From the human T2T-CHM13v2.0 reference genome, Homo sapiens: a DNA stretch of 64,000 nt. This document shows, in pieces, positions 1-31,295 of the stretch; within the stretch, counting starts at the first letter, position 1, and every line of letters begins with the position of its first letter. A program made the position numbers and the translations under genes. Below the pieces are notes generated by a model, which saw only the letters and a program-made list of their open reading frames with translations, searched no databases and was not told where the DNA came from. The stretch lies in the NCBI RefSeq assembly GCF_009914755.1, contig NC_060931.1; one strand, given 5' to 3'.

Positions 1-1835
1 AGGAAAGTTATAATTATGGTTGAAGGAGAAGTAAACATGTCCTTCTTCACACGGTAGCAGGAAGTAGAATGAGAACTGAGTGAAGGGGGAAGCTCCTTAT
101 AAAACCATCAGATGTTATGAGAACTTACCACTGTCACGGGAACAGCATGGGGAAAACTTCCCCCATGATTCAGTTGCCTCCCACCAGGTCCCTCCCACCA
201 GACATGGGATTATGGGAACTATAATTCAAGATGAGGTTTGGGTGGGAACCCAGCCAATCCATATCATTCCACCACACCCAAATCTCATGTCCTCACATTT
301 CATGCCTTTCCAACAGTCTCCAAAAGTCTTAGCTCATTCCAGCATTAACCTGAAAGTTGAAGTCCAAAGTCTCATCTGAGACAAGGGCAAGTCTTTTCCA
401 CTTAAAAGCCTGCAAAATCAAAAGCAAGTTAGTTACTTCCTAGATACAGTGGAGGTTCAGCCATTGGGTAAATACACCTGTTCCAAATGGGAAAAAGTGG
501 CCAAAACAAAGGGGCTACAGGTCTCATGCAAGTCTGAAATCCAACAAGGCAGTTATTAAATCTTAAAGACCCAAAATAATCTCCTTTGATTTCATGCCTC
601 ACATTCAGGTCATGCTGATGCAAGAGGTGGGCTCCCATAGTCTTGGGGTCCAAATCTCAATTCTTGACTTCTGTGTACCAGAAGGCTCAACAACAAGTAG
701 AAGCTGCCAAAGCTTGGGGCTTGCACCCTCTAAAGCCATGGCCCAAGCTATACCTTGGCCCCTTTTAGCCATGGCTGCAGCAGCTGGAATGCAGGGCACC
801 AAGTTGCTAGGCTGCACACAGCGGGGGGACCCTGGGCCCGTAAAGCCATTTTTTTCCTCCTAGACTTCTGGATCTGTCATGGGAGGGGCTGCCACAAAGG
901 TCTCTGACATGCCCTGGAGATATTTTCCACATTATCTTGGTGATTAATATTTCTCTCCTCATTACTTGTGTAAATTTCTGCAACCAGCTTGAATTTCTCC
1001 CCAGAAAATGGTTTTTCTTTCCTATTTAGTTATTGGGCTGCAAATTTTCCAAACTTTTATGCCCTGCTCCCTCTTGAACATTTTGCCACTTAGAAATTTC
1101 TTCTGCTAGATACCTTAAGTCATCTCTCTCAAGTTCAAAGTTCCAAAGATCTCTGGGGAAGGGGCAAAATGCCACCAGTCTCTTTATTAAATCATGACAA
1201 GAGTCACCTTTGCTCCAGTTCCCAACAAGTTCCTCATCTCTATCTGAGACCACCTCAGCCTGAACTTTATTGTCCCTATCACTATCAGCATTTTGGTCAA
1301 AGCCATTCAGCAAGTCTCTAGGAAACTCCACACTTTCCCACATTTTCCTGTTTTCTTCCAAGCCCTCCACAGTGTTCCAACCTCTGCCGGTTACCCATTT
1401 CCAAAGTCACTTCCACATTTTCGGGTATCCTTATAGCAGCACCCCACTCTACCAGTACCAATTTACTGTATTAGTCCATTCTCATGCTGCTATAAAGAAC
1501 TGCTCAAGACTGGGTAAATTATAAAGGAAGGAGGTTTAATTGACCACAGTTCCTCAGGGTTCGCAAGGCCTCAGGAAACCTACAATTATGGTGGAAGGGG
1601 AAGCAAATGCCCTACTTCACATGGTGGCAGGAAGGAGAAGAATGAGAACCAAATGAGGGAGAAGCCCCTTATAAAACCATCAGATCTTGTGAGAACTTAC
1701 TATCATGAGAATAGCATGGGGGAAACTGCCCTGTGATTCAATTACTTCCCACTAGGTCACTCCCACCATACATGGAGATTATAGGAACTACAATTTAGGA
1801 TGAGATTTGGGTGGGAACACAGCCAAACCATATCA
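1..1835 (-). mobile_element. THE1/MST-type MaLR element: LTR 1-266 (cut by window edge), internal 267-1466, LTR 1467-1835
   Basis: Both LTRs end in ...GGTGGGAAC(A/C)CAGCCAA(A/T)CCATATCA, the reverse complement of the THE1/MST start. The minus-strand ORF at 1026-1370 resembles the THE1 internal ORF. Confidence 0.85.
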
Positions 1836-4800
1836 AGTATTAACAGCAGAATTAACCAAGCTGAGGAAAGACTCTCAGAGCTCAAAGACTGGTTCTCCAA
1901 AATACAGTTAGACAAAAATAAAGAAAAAATTAAAAAATGAACAAAACATTCAAGAGATATGAGGTTATATAAAGAGAACACATTTTCAACTCATTGGCAT
2001 CCCTGAAAGAGAGGGGAGAAAGCAGGCAACTTGGAAATCATATTTCAGAATATCATTCACCAAAACTTTTTCAGCTTCACAAGAGAAGCCGACATTCAGA
2101 TTCAAGAGATGCAAATAACCCCTGCAAGATACTATATCAGATGACCATCCCAAAGACTCATAATTTTCAGATTCTTCAAGGTTGACATGAAAGAAAATAT
2201 ATTAAAGGCAGCTAGAAAGAAAGGACAGGTCACCTACAAAGGGAAACTCATCAGATTAACAGTGACTGTTTCAGCAGAAACACTCCAATCTGAAATAGAT
2301 TGGGGGCCTATATTCTGCATTTTTAAAGAAAAGAAACTCCAACCAATAATTTCCTACCCAGCCAAACTAAGCTTTATAAGCAAAGGAGAAATAAGACCCT
2401 TTTCAGACAAGGAAATATTAAGGGAACCTGTTACAACCAGACCTGCCTTACAAAACGTACTTGAGGGAGTTCTAAACATGGAAAGCAAAGACCATTACCA
2501 GCCACCACAAAAACAAACTTAAGTACATAGGTTATGGACACTATAAAACAACCACATAATAAAGTCTGCATAATAACCAGCTAACAACACAAAGATAGGA
2601 TCCAATTCCCTTCCCCCACCCCCCCGTGAATATTAACCTTGAAAGTAATGGGCTATGTGCCCCAGTCAAAAGGCACAGATTGGCAAGTTAGATAAAGAAG
2701 CTAGACTGCAAGACTCAAATGTATGCTGTCTTCAAGAAACCCATCCCACAAATAGTGACACCCATAGACTCAAAGTAAAGGGATGAAGAAAAATCTACCA
2801 AGCAAACACAAAACAGAAAAAAGCAGGGACTCCTATTCTTATTTCCAACAAAACAGACTTTAAACCAGTGATCATCAAAACAGACACAGAAGGGCATTGC
2901 ATAATAATAAAGAATTCAATTCAATGAGAAGACCTAACTATTGTAAATATATACCCACCCAATGTAGGAGTACCCAGATGCATAAAGCAAGTTCTGAAAC
3001 ACCTACAAAAAGATGTAGATAACCACACAATAATAGTGGGATACTACAACATGACACTGACAGTATTAGGCAGATCATTGAGACATACAACTAACAAAAA
3101 CATTCAGGACTTGAACTCAACACTTGACTAAATGGGCCTAATAGATATCTACAGAACTCTGCATCCAAAAATAACAGAATATAAATTATTCTCATCTGCA
3201 CATAGCACATACTCTAAAGTCAACCACATGATTGGCCACAAAACAACCCTCAGCAAATCAAAAAAAACTGAAATCATACCAAACATACTCTTGGACTACA
3301 GTGCAATAAACAATCAACACTAAGAAAATTGCTTACAACTATGCAATTACTTGGAATTAAACAACCTGCTCCTGAATGACTTTTGGGTGAACCATGAAAT
3401 TAAGGCAAACATCAAGTAATTCTTTGAAACTAAACTCTAGTATCCCAGAGATACCAGAATCTCTGGGACACAGCTAAAGCAGTGGTAAGAGGGAATTTTA
3501 TAGTGATGCCCACATCAAAAAGTTAAAAGGATCTCTAATTCATAACCTAAGGTCACACCTGGAAAAATTAGAAAAACAAGAGCAAACCAACGCCAAAGCT
3601 AGCAGAAGACAAGAAATAACCAAAATCAGAGCTGAACTGAAGGAAATTGAGAGATGAAGAGCAAAAAAGATAAATCCAAATTTTAATTTTTTTAAAGAAT
3701 AAAAAGATTGATAAACTCTTAGCTAGACTAATAAAGAAAAAAATAGGGAGGACCCAAATAGACGCAATTAGAAAAGACAACGAAGACATTACCACTGACC
3801 CCACAAAAATACAAAATACCCTCAGAGACAACTACAAATACCTATGCACACAAAGTAGAAAACTTAGAAGAAATGGATAAATTCCTAGAAACATAAGCTC
3901 CCAAGGTTGAACAAGGAAGAAACTGAATCCCTAAACAGATCAATAATGAGTTCCAAAATTGAATCAGTTATGAAAAGCCTATCAATTAGAAAAATACAAG
4001 GACCAGATGGATCCACAGCCTAATTCTACCAAATGTATAAAGTAGAGCTAGTACCACTTCTACTAAAACTACTCCAAAAAGTTGAGGAGGAGGGACTCTC
4101 CCTAACGCATTGTATGAGGCCAGCATCATCCTAATACTAAAATCTGGCTGAGATGCAACAAAAAAAGAAAATGTTGGGCCAATATCCCTGATGAACATAG
4201 ATGCTAAAATCCTCAACAAAAATACTAGCAAATCAAATCCAGCAGAACATCAAAAAGCTAATCCACAGCAATCAGGTAGGCTTTATTCCTGGGATGCAAG
4301 ATTAGTTCAACCTATACAAAACCAATAAATATGATTCATCTCCTAAACAGAACTAAAATAAACCACATGAACATCTCAACAGATGCAGAAATGGCTTTCA
4401 ATAAAATTCAGCATCCTTTCATGTTAAAAATCCTCAACAAGCAAGGCATTGAAGAAACATACATCAAAATAACAAGAGCCATCTATGACAAACCCACAGC
4501 CAACATCATACTGAATGGGCAAATGCTGGAAGCATTGCCCTTGAGAAACAGAACAAGACAAGGGTGACCACTCTCAGCACTCCTATTCAACATAGTACTG
4601 GACATCCTAGCCAGAACAGTCAGGCAAGAGAAATAAATAAAAGGTACCCAAACAGGAAAAGAGGAAGTCACACTATCTCTATCTGCAATCTGTTTCTATA
4701 CCTAGAAAACCCCATAGTTTCTGCCTAGCAGCTCCTAGATCCAATAAAAAACTTCATCAAAGTTTGAAGATACAAAATCAGTGTACAAAAATTAGTAGCA

Positions 4801-6456
4801 TTTCTATACACCAATAACGTTCAAGCTAAGATCCAAATCAAGAACACAATCCTATTCACAATAGCCAAAAAAGGAATAAAATACCTAGGAATACAGTTAA
4901 TGACAGAGGTGAAACATAAACATCTCTACAAGAACTACAAAACGTTGCTCAAAGAAATCAGAGATGACACAAACAAATGTAAAAACATTCCATGCTCATG
5001 AATAGGAAGAATCAAAATTGTTAAAATGGCCATAGTACCCACAGCAATTTAGATTGAATGCTATTCCTCTTAAAACACCAATTACATTCTTCACAGAATT
5101 ATAAAAAACTGTTTCAAAATTCATATGGAAACATAAAAGAGCTCAAATAGCCAAGGTGATCCTAAGCAAAAATAGAAAAGCTGGAGGCATCACATTACCT
5201 GACTTCAAACCATACCACAAGGCCACAGTAATCAAAACAGCATGGTACTGGTACAAAAACAGACACATACACCAACTGAACAGAATAGAGAGCCCAGAAA
5301 TAATGCCAGACAGCTACAACCACCCAATTTTTGACAAAGTTAACAAAAAACAAGCGATGGGAGCAGGACTCCCTATTCCATAAATGGTGCTGGGATAACC
5401 TGCTAGATATATGCAGAAGACTGAAACTAAACCCCTCCCTGACACCATATACAAAAATCAATTCAAGATGGATTAAAGACCTAAATGTAAAACCTAAAAC
5501 TAAAGACCTTAGAAGGTAACCTACAAATTACCATTCTGGACATAGGTCCTGGGAAAATTTTCTTCCCAAAGATGCCAACAGCAATGGCAACAAAAACAAA
5601 AATTGACAAACGGGACCCAATTAAAGTAAAGAGCTTCCGCACAGCAAAAGAAACTATCAACAGAGTAAACAGACAACTTCCACAAGGGGAGAAAATATTT
5701 GCAAATTATGATTTGATGAAGATAGGTTCTTCATAGATTCTAATATCCAGAATCTATAAGGAACTTAAATTAACAAGCAAAAAACAACCCCATTGAAAAG
5801 TGGGCTAAAAACCTGAACAGACACTTTTCAAAAGAAGACATACATGTGGCCAATAAGCATATGGAAACAAGCTCAACATCACTAATAATTAGAGAAATCA
5901 AAACCACAATGAGATACCATCTCATGCCAGTCAGAATAGCTATTATTAAAAAGGCAAAAAACAGCAGATGCTAGTGGAGTTGCAGAGAATGGGGAATGCT
6001 TATACACTGCTGGTGGGAATGTAAATTAGTTCAGCCACTGAGGAACACAGTGTGATGACTTCTCAAATAACTTAAAACAGAATTACCATTTGACCCAGCA
6101 ATCCCATTATTGTGTATATACCCAAAGGAATATAAATCATTCTGTCATAAAGACACATGAATGCAAATGTTCATCACACACTATTTTCATAATAGCAAAT
6201 ATTGCATGTTCTCACTCACAAATGAAAGCTAAACAATGACACTACATGGGTACAAAGAGGGGAACAACAGATACCAGGGACTACTAGGCTGAAGGATAGG
6301 GGAGGGAGAGGATTGAAAAGCTACCTAATAGGGCCTGTGCTTATTTCCTGAGTGATGAAATAATCTGTACAACAAACCCCTGTGACATGCAATTTACCTA
6401 TATAGCAAACATACACATGTATCCCTGAACCTAAAATATAACTTAAAAATAAAAAT
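1836..6456 (+). mobile_element. Old degenerate L1 (L1PA13-16-like): ORF1 C-terminus, ORF2 and 3'UTR, interrupted at its left end by the MaLR
   Basis: Fragmented ORFs match ORF1p (KENILKAARKKGQVTYKG, SYPAKLSF) and ORF2p ([26 protein letters not shown]). There are many stops and frameshifts, and an A-rich end near 6450. Confidence 0.9.
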
Positions 6457-6595
6457 ATTTTCTTTTCATTTTTTGTATTACCAGTTTAGTTTTCTTTTTT
6501 ACCTCTCACTCAGACTGTTGCAATAATCTCCAAGCTGTATTTTATGCATTTCATTTTCCCCCATCCTATTTATTCTCCACGTTGCTTCCTAGATC

Positions 6596-6898
6596 TTTTT
6601 TTTTTTCTTTTCTTTTTTTTTTTTGAGATGGAGTCTTGCTGTCACCCAGGCTGGAGTGCAGTGGCGCGATCTTGGCTCACTGCAAGCTCCGCCTCTTGGG
6701 TTCATGCCATTCTCCTGCCTCAGCCTCTCCCAGGACTACAGGCGCCTGCCGCCAAGCCTGGCTAATTTTTTTGTATTTTTAGTAGAGACGGGGTTTCACC
6801 GTGTTAACCAAGATTGTCTCGATCTCCTGACCTCGTGATCCACCCGCCTTGGCCTCCTAAAGTGCTGGGATTACAGGCGTGAGCCACCGCGCCCAGCC
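6596..6898 (-). mobile_element. AluY, the only Alu I see in the flanks outside the central block
   Basis: Full dimer with AluY diagnostic positions, a poly-T tail and a CCTAGAT-type TSD on both sides. Confidence 0.9.
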
Positions 6899-7002
6899 CT
6901 AGATTTTCTTTCCTAAAGGAAAGATGTCAAGCCACTTTCTTGCTTGACAATATTTAGCAGCTGGCTTGCCATTGATTTTAAGATAAGCTCCAAATTCTCC
7001 AT

Positions 7003-7541
7003 TGTATTAGCTAGCTATGGTTATATAACAATATTGTAACAAATTTATTGTCTTATTTTTTATGATGTCAGTATTTATGATGTCAGTTTCTGTGGGTCAG
7101 GAGTCCAGGGATGGTTTGGCTGTCTACTCTGATTCAGAGTTTCACAAGGTTTACAGTCAAGGTATAGGCTGGTGCTGCTGTTTCAAGCTCTGAAGTTTAA
7201 CCGGGGAAAAATCCATTTCCAAGCTCATGTGGCTGTTAGTATCTTTCAGCTCCTGTGAGCTGTTGGCCAGAAGCTGTTCTGAGTTCCTGGCTGGCTGTTG
7301 ACCTAAGACTGCCTCAATTCCTTGTTCCATGAATCTTCCCAATGTGGACGCTTACTTTGTCAAAGCCAGCAAGGGAAAGAGTCTCCTTATAAGATGGAGT
7401 TTACAATCTTAGGCAATGCAATCACATCACCTTTGCCACATTCTGTGGGTTAGAACAAGCCCCAGACTCTGCCCACACTCAATGGTAGGGGATTGCATCA
7501 GCCATGAATATCACAAGGTCATCTTAGAGTCTGTCTGCCAC
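7003..7541 (-). mobile_element. MLT1-type MaLR solo LTR
   Basis: TGTATTAG...CAGTTTCTGTGGGTCAGGAGTCCAGG...TCTGCCACA pattern typical of MLT1 in reverse orientation. Confidence 0.6.
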
Positions 7542-9521
7542 ATTCATCAAGTCATACAATGCCCTTAAAATCTGGTCTCAACTATCCTTCTTTTTTCTAC
7601 TCCAGCACTGTATATTTTGTCACACTAAACTATTTTTAAGAAATTATATTGAATCACACGAACAACTGTATTTTGTTGGGGGGATTTTTGTTGGGTTTTT
7701 TTTGCTTCCAAGTTTTTCTCTTGTTATCTTCTGTGCCTGAATTACACTTCTGCACCTTACCTGGCAAAATTTTACCAAAGACCTTGTGCAAATTTCAGCT
7801 CTTCTTAAAACACTCCTGGTTCTACCCGGAAAAATTAATAGCTCCTTCTGAACTGTGTTCCTAAAGCCCTCCCACCGCCTTCCTATCCATTGATTTCATT
7901 ATGGCATAATTTGGGGTGCTTGCCTAAAATTGTAATTCCAGTAAGAGTAGACAGTGTTTTATCAATACTGAACCCTCAACACCTAGCACAAGATCTTGTA
8001 CTCGCAAGGACTTGTACATTTGCTAATGAAGTGAACAAATATTGCATTAATTTCAAATGTTTGCTGAACTGAATTTTTGAATGCTGTGTTGACCAAACTA
8101 CTAGCAGGGCAATGTGTTTCATTCTTGAAAAGTTGTACCTTTGCATTCCAAACACAACCTTGCCTGCTTCCCAGAGTTCCGAAACTAAAGTAAAACATCC
8201 AATTAATCAATCAATTACGCAACTGATAAAGCTAGAGAAGTACTCTAATCAAGCATAACTTATTTTCCTATCTGAGATGTTTTCCACATTTTGTATTTGC
8301 TGAAGCAGTGCAAAATGTTGCTGCTTAAAGACATTATGTGACAATCTGTTTTCATTCCTATGCTCTAAAAATTATGAATAGTAATTTTAATATTCTTTAT
8401 TATTTTTTATATTTTAAATCAGTGTTATTAGTTTTCCCATATTAATTTATTTTAATGACATATATGTAATTTCAAGGTTTGGAAAACTTTAGATAGCAGG
8501 TCAAATTCTTTTTAATTCAATCTGTTCAACTGAGGTCTTTATGGGCTTGGAGTAGATATTGCTTTAGGCTGTATATTAGTCAATAAGCTAGATAATAAAA
8601 AATGGAAGTATATTTTTCCATTTTAGAGTAATGATGAAAGTCACATAAAGACAATTTCCCAGGTAACTGAAATTAATATTCATTATTGCTAAAAAGTTTT
8701 TGTTTTTATTTTCATGATTGGGAGGAAAGCATTTCTTAATTGGGTTATTCATATTCTGGCCTCCTGAACTAGAAGTTCAGATAATTTGAATTTCTGAAAT
8801 AATTATCAGTCATAACACTGTGGTGTGATATAACCATGCCTTTAAAGCCTGTTACAGGGAATCTATGCTACAGATTGTAACAGCTATGCTTTTCTTATTT
8901 ATAACTGCTTTTTAACTTACTTTTAAAAATGTAGTTTCTTTCTATCAATGTGCCTGCTTCCAGTGCTGCCTCCTCCACCAGCTCTTCTTAGGCATTTTGA
9001 AACATATAACCATTGAGGGTATATATGATCCTGACATTAAAATAAATTTATTACAATTTTATTATTATTACTTAGTAGTATTGAACATTTACTGAGCTCT
9101 TCCTATTTGCCAAACACTGTTCTAAGTCCATTAGGTGTATAATCTCATTTGTCTTCACAAAGACTATGGGTTAAGGTAAATGGTAGAAGAGCAATAATCT
9201 CCTAGACAGATTAAATACTTTATGCAAAGGAAGCCCTGTGGTAAAGAGAGAGTTAGTATGAATAAACATGGAAACAAGTCCAAAAAAGCTGGAGTAAGAA
9301 GTGTCTTGGTGGAAATGGATAAAAGTGGGAATTAAAAGGTGTGCAGGGGCCAGATCTTTTAAATGCTCTGGTTCAACCTTACCTTTAGAAACATTCTGTT
9401 ATACCCATTGAGCAAAATAAAGCATCCTTTCTTCTTTGTTTCTTGAAAACATGACTTCTACTTTGAATGACATTTGGTTGTTTCTGTAATTTACCTTCAT
9501 TGGCTCTATTAATTTAACTCA

Positions 9522-9797
<276 letters not shown>

Positions 9798-10128
9798 TTA
9801 TTAATATACTGAAAAATCGTATAACATATTTAAAAATCTGATGTGTCTTGGTATAAATGGTATCAGTCAATTTTGGTTCAGAAATAACATTCTTGTCAAT
9901 TATGTCATCAATACCATGGACTCAGACCAGGTTTTGGCCATGGTCACTTGAAGTCTTCATGTCCACACTTAATTGCTTTAGTCTAATGTCTTTCTGAAAG
10001 CTTCTTGCAGGCAATTATAATCCCAGAGAGTTATGTCTTCAAGGAGCTTCATGGAAAGAATGAAGTCTGACAAGTACGGGTTTCTAATAACTTTGAGTTC
10101 ACACTATTGAACTAAATTTCCAAAACTC

Positions 10129-11212
<1,084 letters not shown>

Positions 11213-11410
11213 TGAATTATGGATTTTTAAGGCTGCTTTATGTCAAACATTGTGGGTTCTTTTAATATTGTTTTCCAGATTTAAGGAAACTTTTTTCTTT
11301 TAAGCTTTGTATAATTTATAGTAATTTGGTAAAGTACTTTTGAAAACAAAAACGAAAACATTTGCTTTTCCTCTCTACCTGAACCCTCCAGAATTTAGAA
11401 GCAATTTATG

Positions 11411-12203
11411 ATTTTTTTTTTATTATTATACTTTAAGTTCTAGGGTACATGTGCACAACGTGCAGGTTTGTTACATATGTATACATGTGCCATGTTGGTG
11501 TGCTGCACCCATTAACTCATCATTTACATTAGGTATATCTCCTAATGCTTTCCCTCCCCCCTCCCCCCACCCCACAACAGGCCCTGGTGTGTGATGTTCC
11601 CCTTCCTGTGTCCAAGTGTTCTCATTGTTCAATTCCCACCTGTAAGTGAGAACATGTGGTGTTTGGTTTTTTGTCCTTGCGATAGTTTGCCGAGAACGAT
11701 GGTTTCCAGTTTCATCCATGTCCCTACAAAGGACATGAACTCATCCTTTTTTATGGCTGCATAGTATTCCATGATGTATATGTGCCACATTTTCTTAATC
11801 CAGTCTATCATTGTTGGACATGTGGGTTGGTTCCAAGTCTTTGCTATTGTGAATAGTGCCGCAATAAACATACGTGTGCATGTGTCTTTACAGCAGCATG
11901 ATTTATAATCCTTTGGGTATATACCCAGTAATGGGATGGCTGGGTCAAATGGTAATTCTAGTTCTAGATCCCTGAGGAATTGCCACACTGACTTCCACAA
12001 TGGTTGAACTAGTTTACAGTCCCACCAACAGTGTAAAAGTGTTCCTCGTTCTCCACATCCTCTCCAGCACCTGTTGTTTCCTGACTTTTTAATGATCGCC
12101 ATTCTAACTGGTGTGAGATGGTATCTCATTGTGGTTTTGATTTGCATTTCTCTGATGGCCAGTGATGATGTGAGCATTTTTTCATGTGTCTGTTGGCTGC
12201 ATA
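11411..12203 (-). mobile_element. 5'-truncated L1PA (L1PA4-like) 3' end
   Basis: ORF 11629-12177 is the ORF2p C-terminus ([24 protein letters not shown]), followed by the 3'UTR and a poly-T tail at about 11411. Confidence 0.9.
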
Positions 12204-12236
12204 ACGATTATTCTTATGTTTACAGCAACATGGTTA

Positions 12237-16560
<4,324 letters not shown>

Positions 16561-16632
16561 CCAAAGCAGGTTCTCAGCTCTCCTGAGGCTTCCTACCCCC
16601 AAAGCAAAAGTACCCACCTCAGAGCCACCTCA

Positions 16633-16709
16633 GGACCACCGGCTTATGACATTAGGCTGCCTCCTGGAATGGCTTGGAGTGCCAGTCACCCCTTGCTGCA
16701 GCTTTGACA
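16633..16709 (-). pseudogene. Degenerate partial copy of ZP3 exon 7
   Basis: Aligns to 18694-18771 in this window, with the core AGGCTGCCTCCTGGAATGGCTTGGAGTGCCA identical; has indels and no splice sites. Confidence 0.8.
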
Positions 16710-17212
16710 AGTTCATACCAACATGTCCCAAGAATAGCTTCAAGCCCAAGGTGACAGCTAAGACCAGGCAGAAGCAGTGCTCTGATCACTGCCCTACTGG
16801 GAGGGCCCAGTCATGACTGGCCTTCTGCCTCTAGCATCTGGACAGAGCTGCCTGCCTGCTTGCCTTGGAGAAGCGGGCCTGGAAGCTCTCTCCTCCCCAC
16901 TCCCATGTCTAGAGTCAAATCCATGGGGGCCAGAGATATAAGATTCTTTGCTAGCCTAGAAGTAAGGTGGGTCCAGCCAGACTGACCTTCATCTAAGAGT
17001 TTCCATGTTGGTTCCCATGGAGGTGATAGATTATAGTTGTCTAAGGACATGAACCCTGCCCTGTTTACAGTAGAGACACAGTAGTGCTTGCTGGACTATG
17101 CTATGTGAGTGCACGGGGCGGGTGGTATACAGTCGTCCCCACCCGACACAGTCAGTACTAATTCTGACCTTCCACCTGACCACCACACCACGACCAGATA
17201 TTGCTTTCTTCT

Positions 17213-17218
17213 TTTATT
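17213..17218 (-). terminator. AATAAA polyadenylation signal overlapping the ancestral ZP3 stop codon
   Basis: Minus strand reads TCC GAA TAA AAG. Confidence 0.85.
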
Positions 17219-17370
17219 CGGAAGCAGACACAGGGTGGGAGGCAGTGCGACACCTCCTGGTGAGAACCAGGATAACAGCAGTCAGAGTCAGGGACACCAC
17301 CACAGCCAGGCCTACGCCCAGCAGCACCACTGAGGTGTCAGAAGGCAAAGCCCACTGCTCTACTTCATGG

Positions 17371-17429
17371 TCACCACTCCTGTCCAGGAAGATCAGTGGC
17401 CCCCACGGTGACATCTGCTTCTTCTGTCA
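17371..17429 (-). CDS. POMZP3: POMZP3 last coding exon (ZP3 exon 8 copy), frameshifted: (V)TEEADVTVGATDLPGQEW*
   Basis: Acceptor tttcacAG at 17431-17430. GTGGGGGCCA has five G where ZP3 reads GTG GGG CCA, giving TGA at 17373-17371. The ZP3 transmembrane frame continues out of frame to 17214. Confidence 0.9.
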
Positions 17430-18052
17430 CTGTGAAAGGAGAACACACAACCAAGGGTCATCTTAGTCCCTAACCGGGAACTGGGTTGGAGGTTTTATTC
17501 TGCCTCAGTGGGCTAAACTAATATGTTGTCTTTTTTGTGTGGGCTAATAAACAGTTTCTAGACAAAAAAACACAGCTTTCTCGGCCAGGTGTGATGGCTA
17601 ATGCCTGTAATCCCAGCACTTTTTGGGAGGCTGAGGCAGGCAGATCACCTGAGGTCAGGTGTTTGAGACCAGCCTGGCCAACACGGCAAGACCCGTCTCT
17701 ACTGAAAATAAAAAAGTTAACTGGGCATGGTGGCACATGCCTGTAGTCTCAGCTACTTGGGAGGCTGAGGCAGGAGAATAGCTTGAACCTGGGAGGCAGA
17801 GGTTTCAGTGAGCAGAGATCGTGCCATTGCTCTCCAGCCTGGAGGACAGAGCTAGACACCATCTTGGTGCAGGGGAGGGGGAAGAAAAAAGAAAAAGACA
17901 GCTTTCTCATACGGAGAAAGCAGGTCACCCAAGAGGGATTCCCTAGTACATCATCTTTTTTGTAGAGACAGGGTCTTGCTATGTTGCCCAGGCTGGTCGA
18001 GAACTCATGGGGCTCAAGCGATTTCCCTGGCCTCAGCCTCCCCAAGTGCTAG

Positions 18053-18264
<212 letters not shown>

Positions 18265-18665
18265 TAGTAGAGAAGGGGTTTCTCCATGTTGGTCAGGCTG
18301 GTCTCGAACTCCTGACCTCAGGTGACCTGCCCGCCTTGGCCTCCCGAAGTGTTAGGATTACAGGCCTGAGCCACTATGCCAAGCCAGATTATCTTAACAA
18401 CTGCTATATTTCCCCTACATGCCCAATTATGTCTCAGTAGAAGCCTAGGATGACAGCAGATCTACCCTGGCTGCCACCGAGGTGGAAGGCTGAGAGCCCC
18501 CTCCTGCTTAACCCCAAGATTTGTGTTAGGGAAAGGTAGCTGCAGGCCTAGGTACAAACAGTTTTAATGGAGGACAAGGGAAAATACCATCACCCTGAAA
18601 TGACAGCAGGTACCCTCAACTGAGTAAGGGACAATGAACAGCCTCTTGGCCATTCTATGACATAC

Positions 18666-18802
18666 CATGCCTGCGGTTACGGGAAGCAGACGTGGACCAC
18701 TGGCTCACGACACGAGGCTGCCTCCTGGAATGGCTTGGAGTGCCACAGTCACCTTTGTTACAGCATTGACAGATGTCAGCCGGGCCTTCCACTGGGAACC
18801 AG
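18666..18802 (-). CDS. POMZP3: POMZP3 exon (ZP3 exon 7 copy, 137 nt): WFPVEGPADICQCCNKGDCGTPSHSRRQPRVVSQWSTSASRNRRH
   Basis: catctcAG acceptor and GTATG donor; ZP3 cysteine cluster and RNRR furin motif. Confidence 0.95.
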
Positions 18803-18935
18803 CTGAGATGAAAGAGAAGCAGCTTAGATTTTTGTTGCCTGCAGGAAGCAGTTTGCTGATAATATATTGGGGGAAATAGACAAGGGGTCGCCGATTCAGT
18901 TTCTACTCCAGTCACGGAGCACCTGTCCTCCTCAC

Positions 18936-19027
18936 CTGTTGGAAGGCTTGCTGAAGGAACAGGCCTTGTTGAGTTCATCTGGGTCCTGCTCAGCTAGGGT
19001 GACCTTCAGGTGGCAGGTGATGTATAT
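18936..19027 (-). CDS. POMZP3: POMZP3 exon (ZP3 exon 6 copy, 92 nt): [30 protein letters not shown]
   Basis: ccttgcAG acceptor and GTGAG donor; ZP-C domain sequence. Confidence 0.95.
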
Positions 19028-19117
19028 CTGCAAGGAATAACAGCTATTTCCAGGCCGAGTTCCAGGCTGTGCCTGGGAGTTTAACACACCAGTTCTCTTA
19101 TAACCCTTAACCTTTTA

Positions 19118-25050
<5,933 letters not shown>

Positions 25051-25098
25051 TGACCCCATTCAGTAGGATATGAAGGTTGCAAGTTCAGCCTTCTTTCA

Positions 25099-25575
<477 letters not shown>

Positions 25576-25732
25576 TCAAAATAGAGGGTAGAGAATATGA
25601 GAATATGCACCCATTTGTGTTTTTTAAACAATTGCATACAATAAACGGGCTTACAGACGAAGAAAGTTTCTGGGAAGAGACCCAAGAAGCCCCCAGAAGG
25701 TAGGGGGATAAGCTGAAGAATTGTTAAAGATT

Positions 25733-30750
<5,018 letters not shown>

Positions 30751-31185
30751 AAGCAAAGCACGCTTGGTGACCGTGCTAGGTTTTTTGAGATAAGTTTTTT
30801 GTTAAATAAGAGCAATTTTGTTTAAGTTGGGGGTTATTTAAAGATTGTTTCAAAATATGGATTTAGGAAGGAAATAGAAACAAGGTGGGAAGAAGGCCAG
30901 TAAGTAGGAGAGATGTGAAAAAAAGTTATGAGGATGTATTTTTGGTAAAGAAAGTTGAAAAAAGAGTAATTTTTCATTTTGCATAAGAGAGGACTTTGGT
31001 CAAAATCAAGAGGAAAGGAAAGTAAATTTCTGTCCTAAAGTAGATTGCTAATATAAAAAAAGAAGTATAGGACAAAATCAAAGATTTAAGGAAGTGTAGA
31101 AGTTGTGGAAGATTAATCTCATGAAAGGAATTTGGTGTGTGATTAAGCTGGCCGAAATTAGAAGGGGATTATTTATAAGATTTTT

Positions 31186-31295
31186 GGCCAGGCGTGGTGG
31201 CTCATGCCTGTAATCCCAGCACTTTGGGAGGCTGAGGCGAGCTGATCACCTGAGGTCAGGAGTTCGAGACCAGCCTGCTCAACATGGCGAAACCC
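31186..31295 (+). mobile_element. AluS left monomer truncated at GAAACCC; candidate junction between the ZP3-region and POM121-region modules
   Basis: The Alu stops at ATGGCGAAACCC|ACTTCAAC with no linker, tail or TSD, and the ERV sequence does not resume. Confidence 0.7.

Noticed and set aside
1026-1370. 114-aa ORF
   Set aside because: Remnant of the THE1/MST internal ORF.
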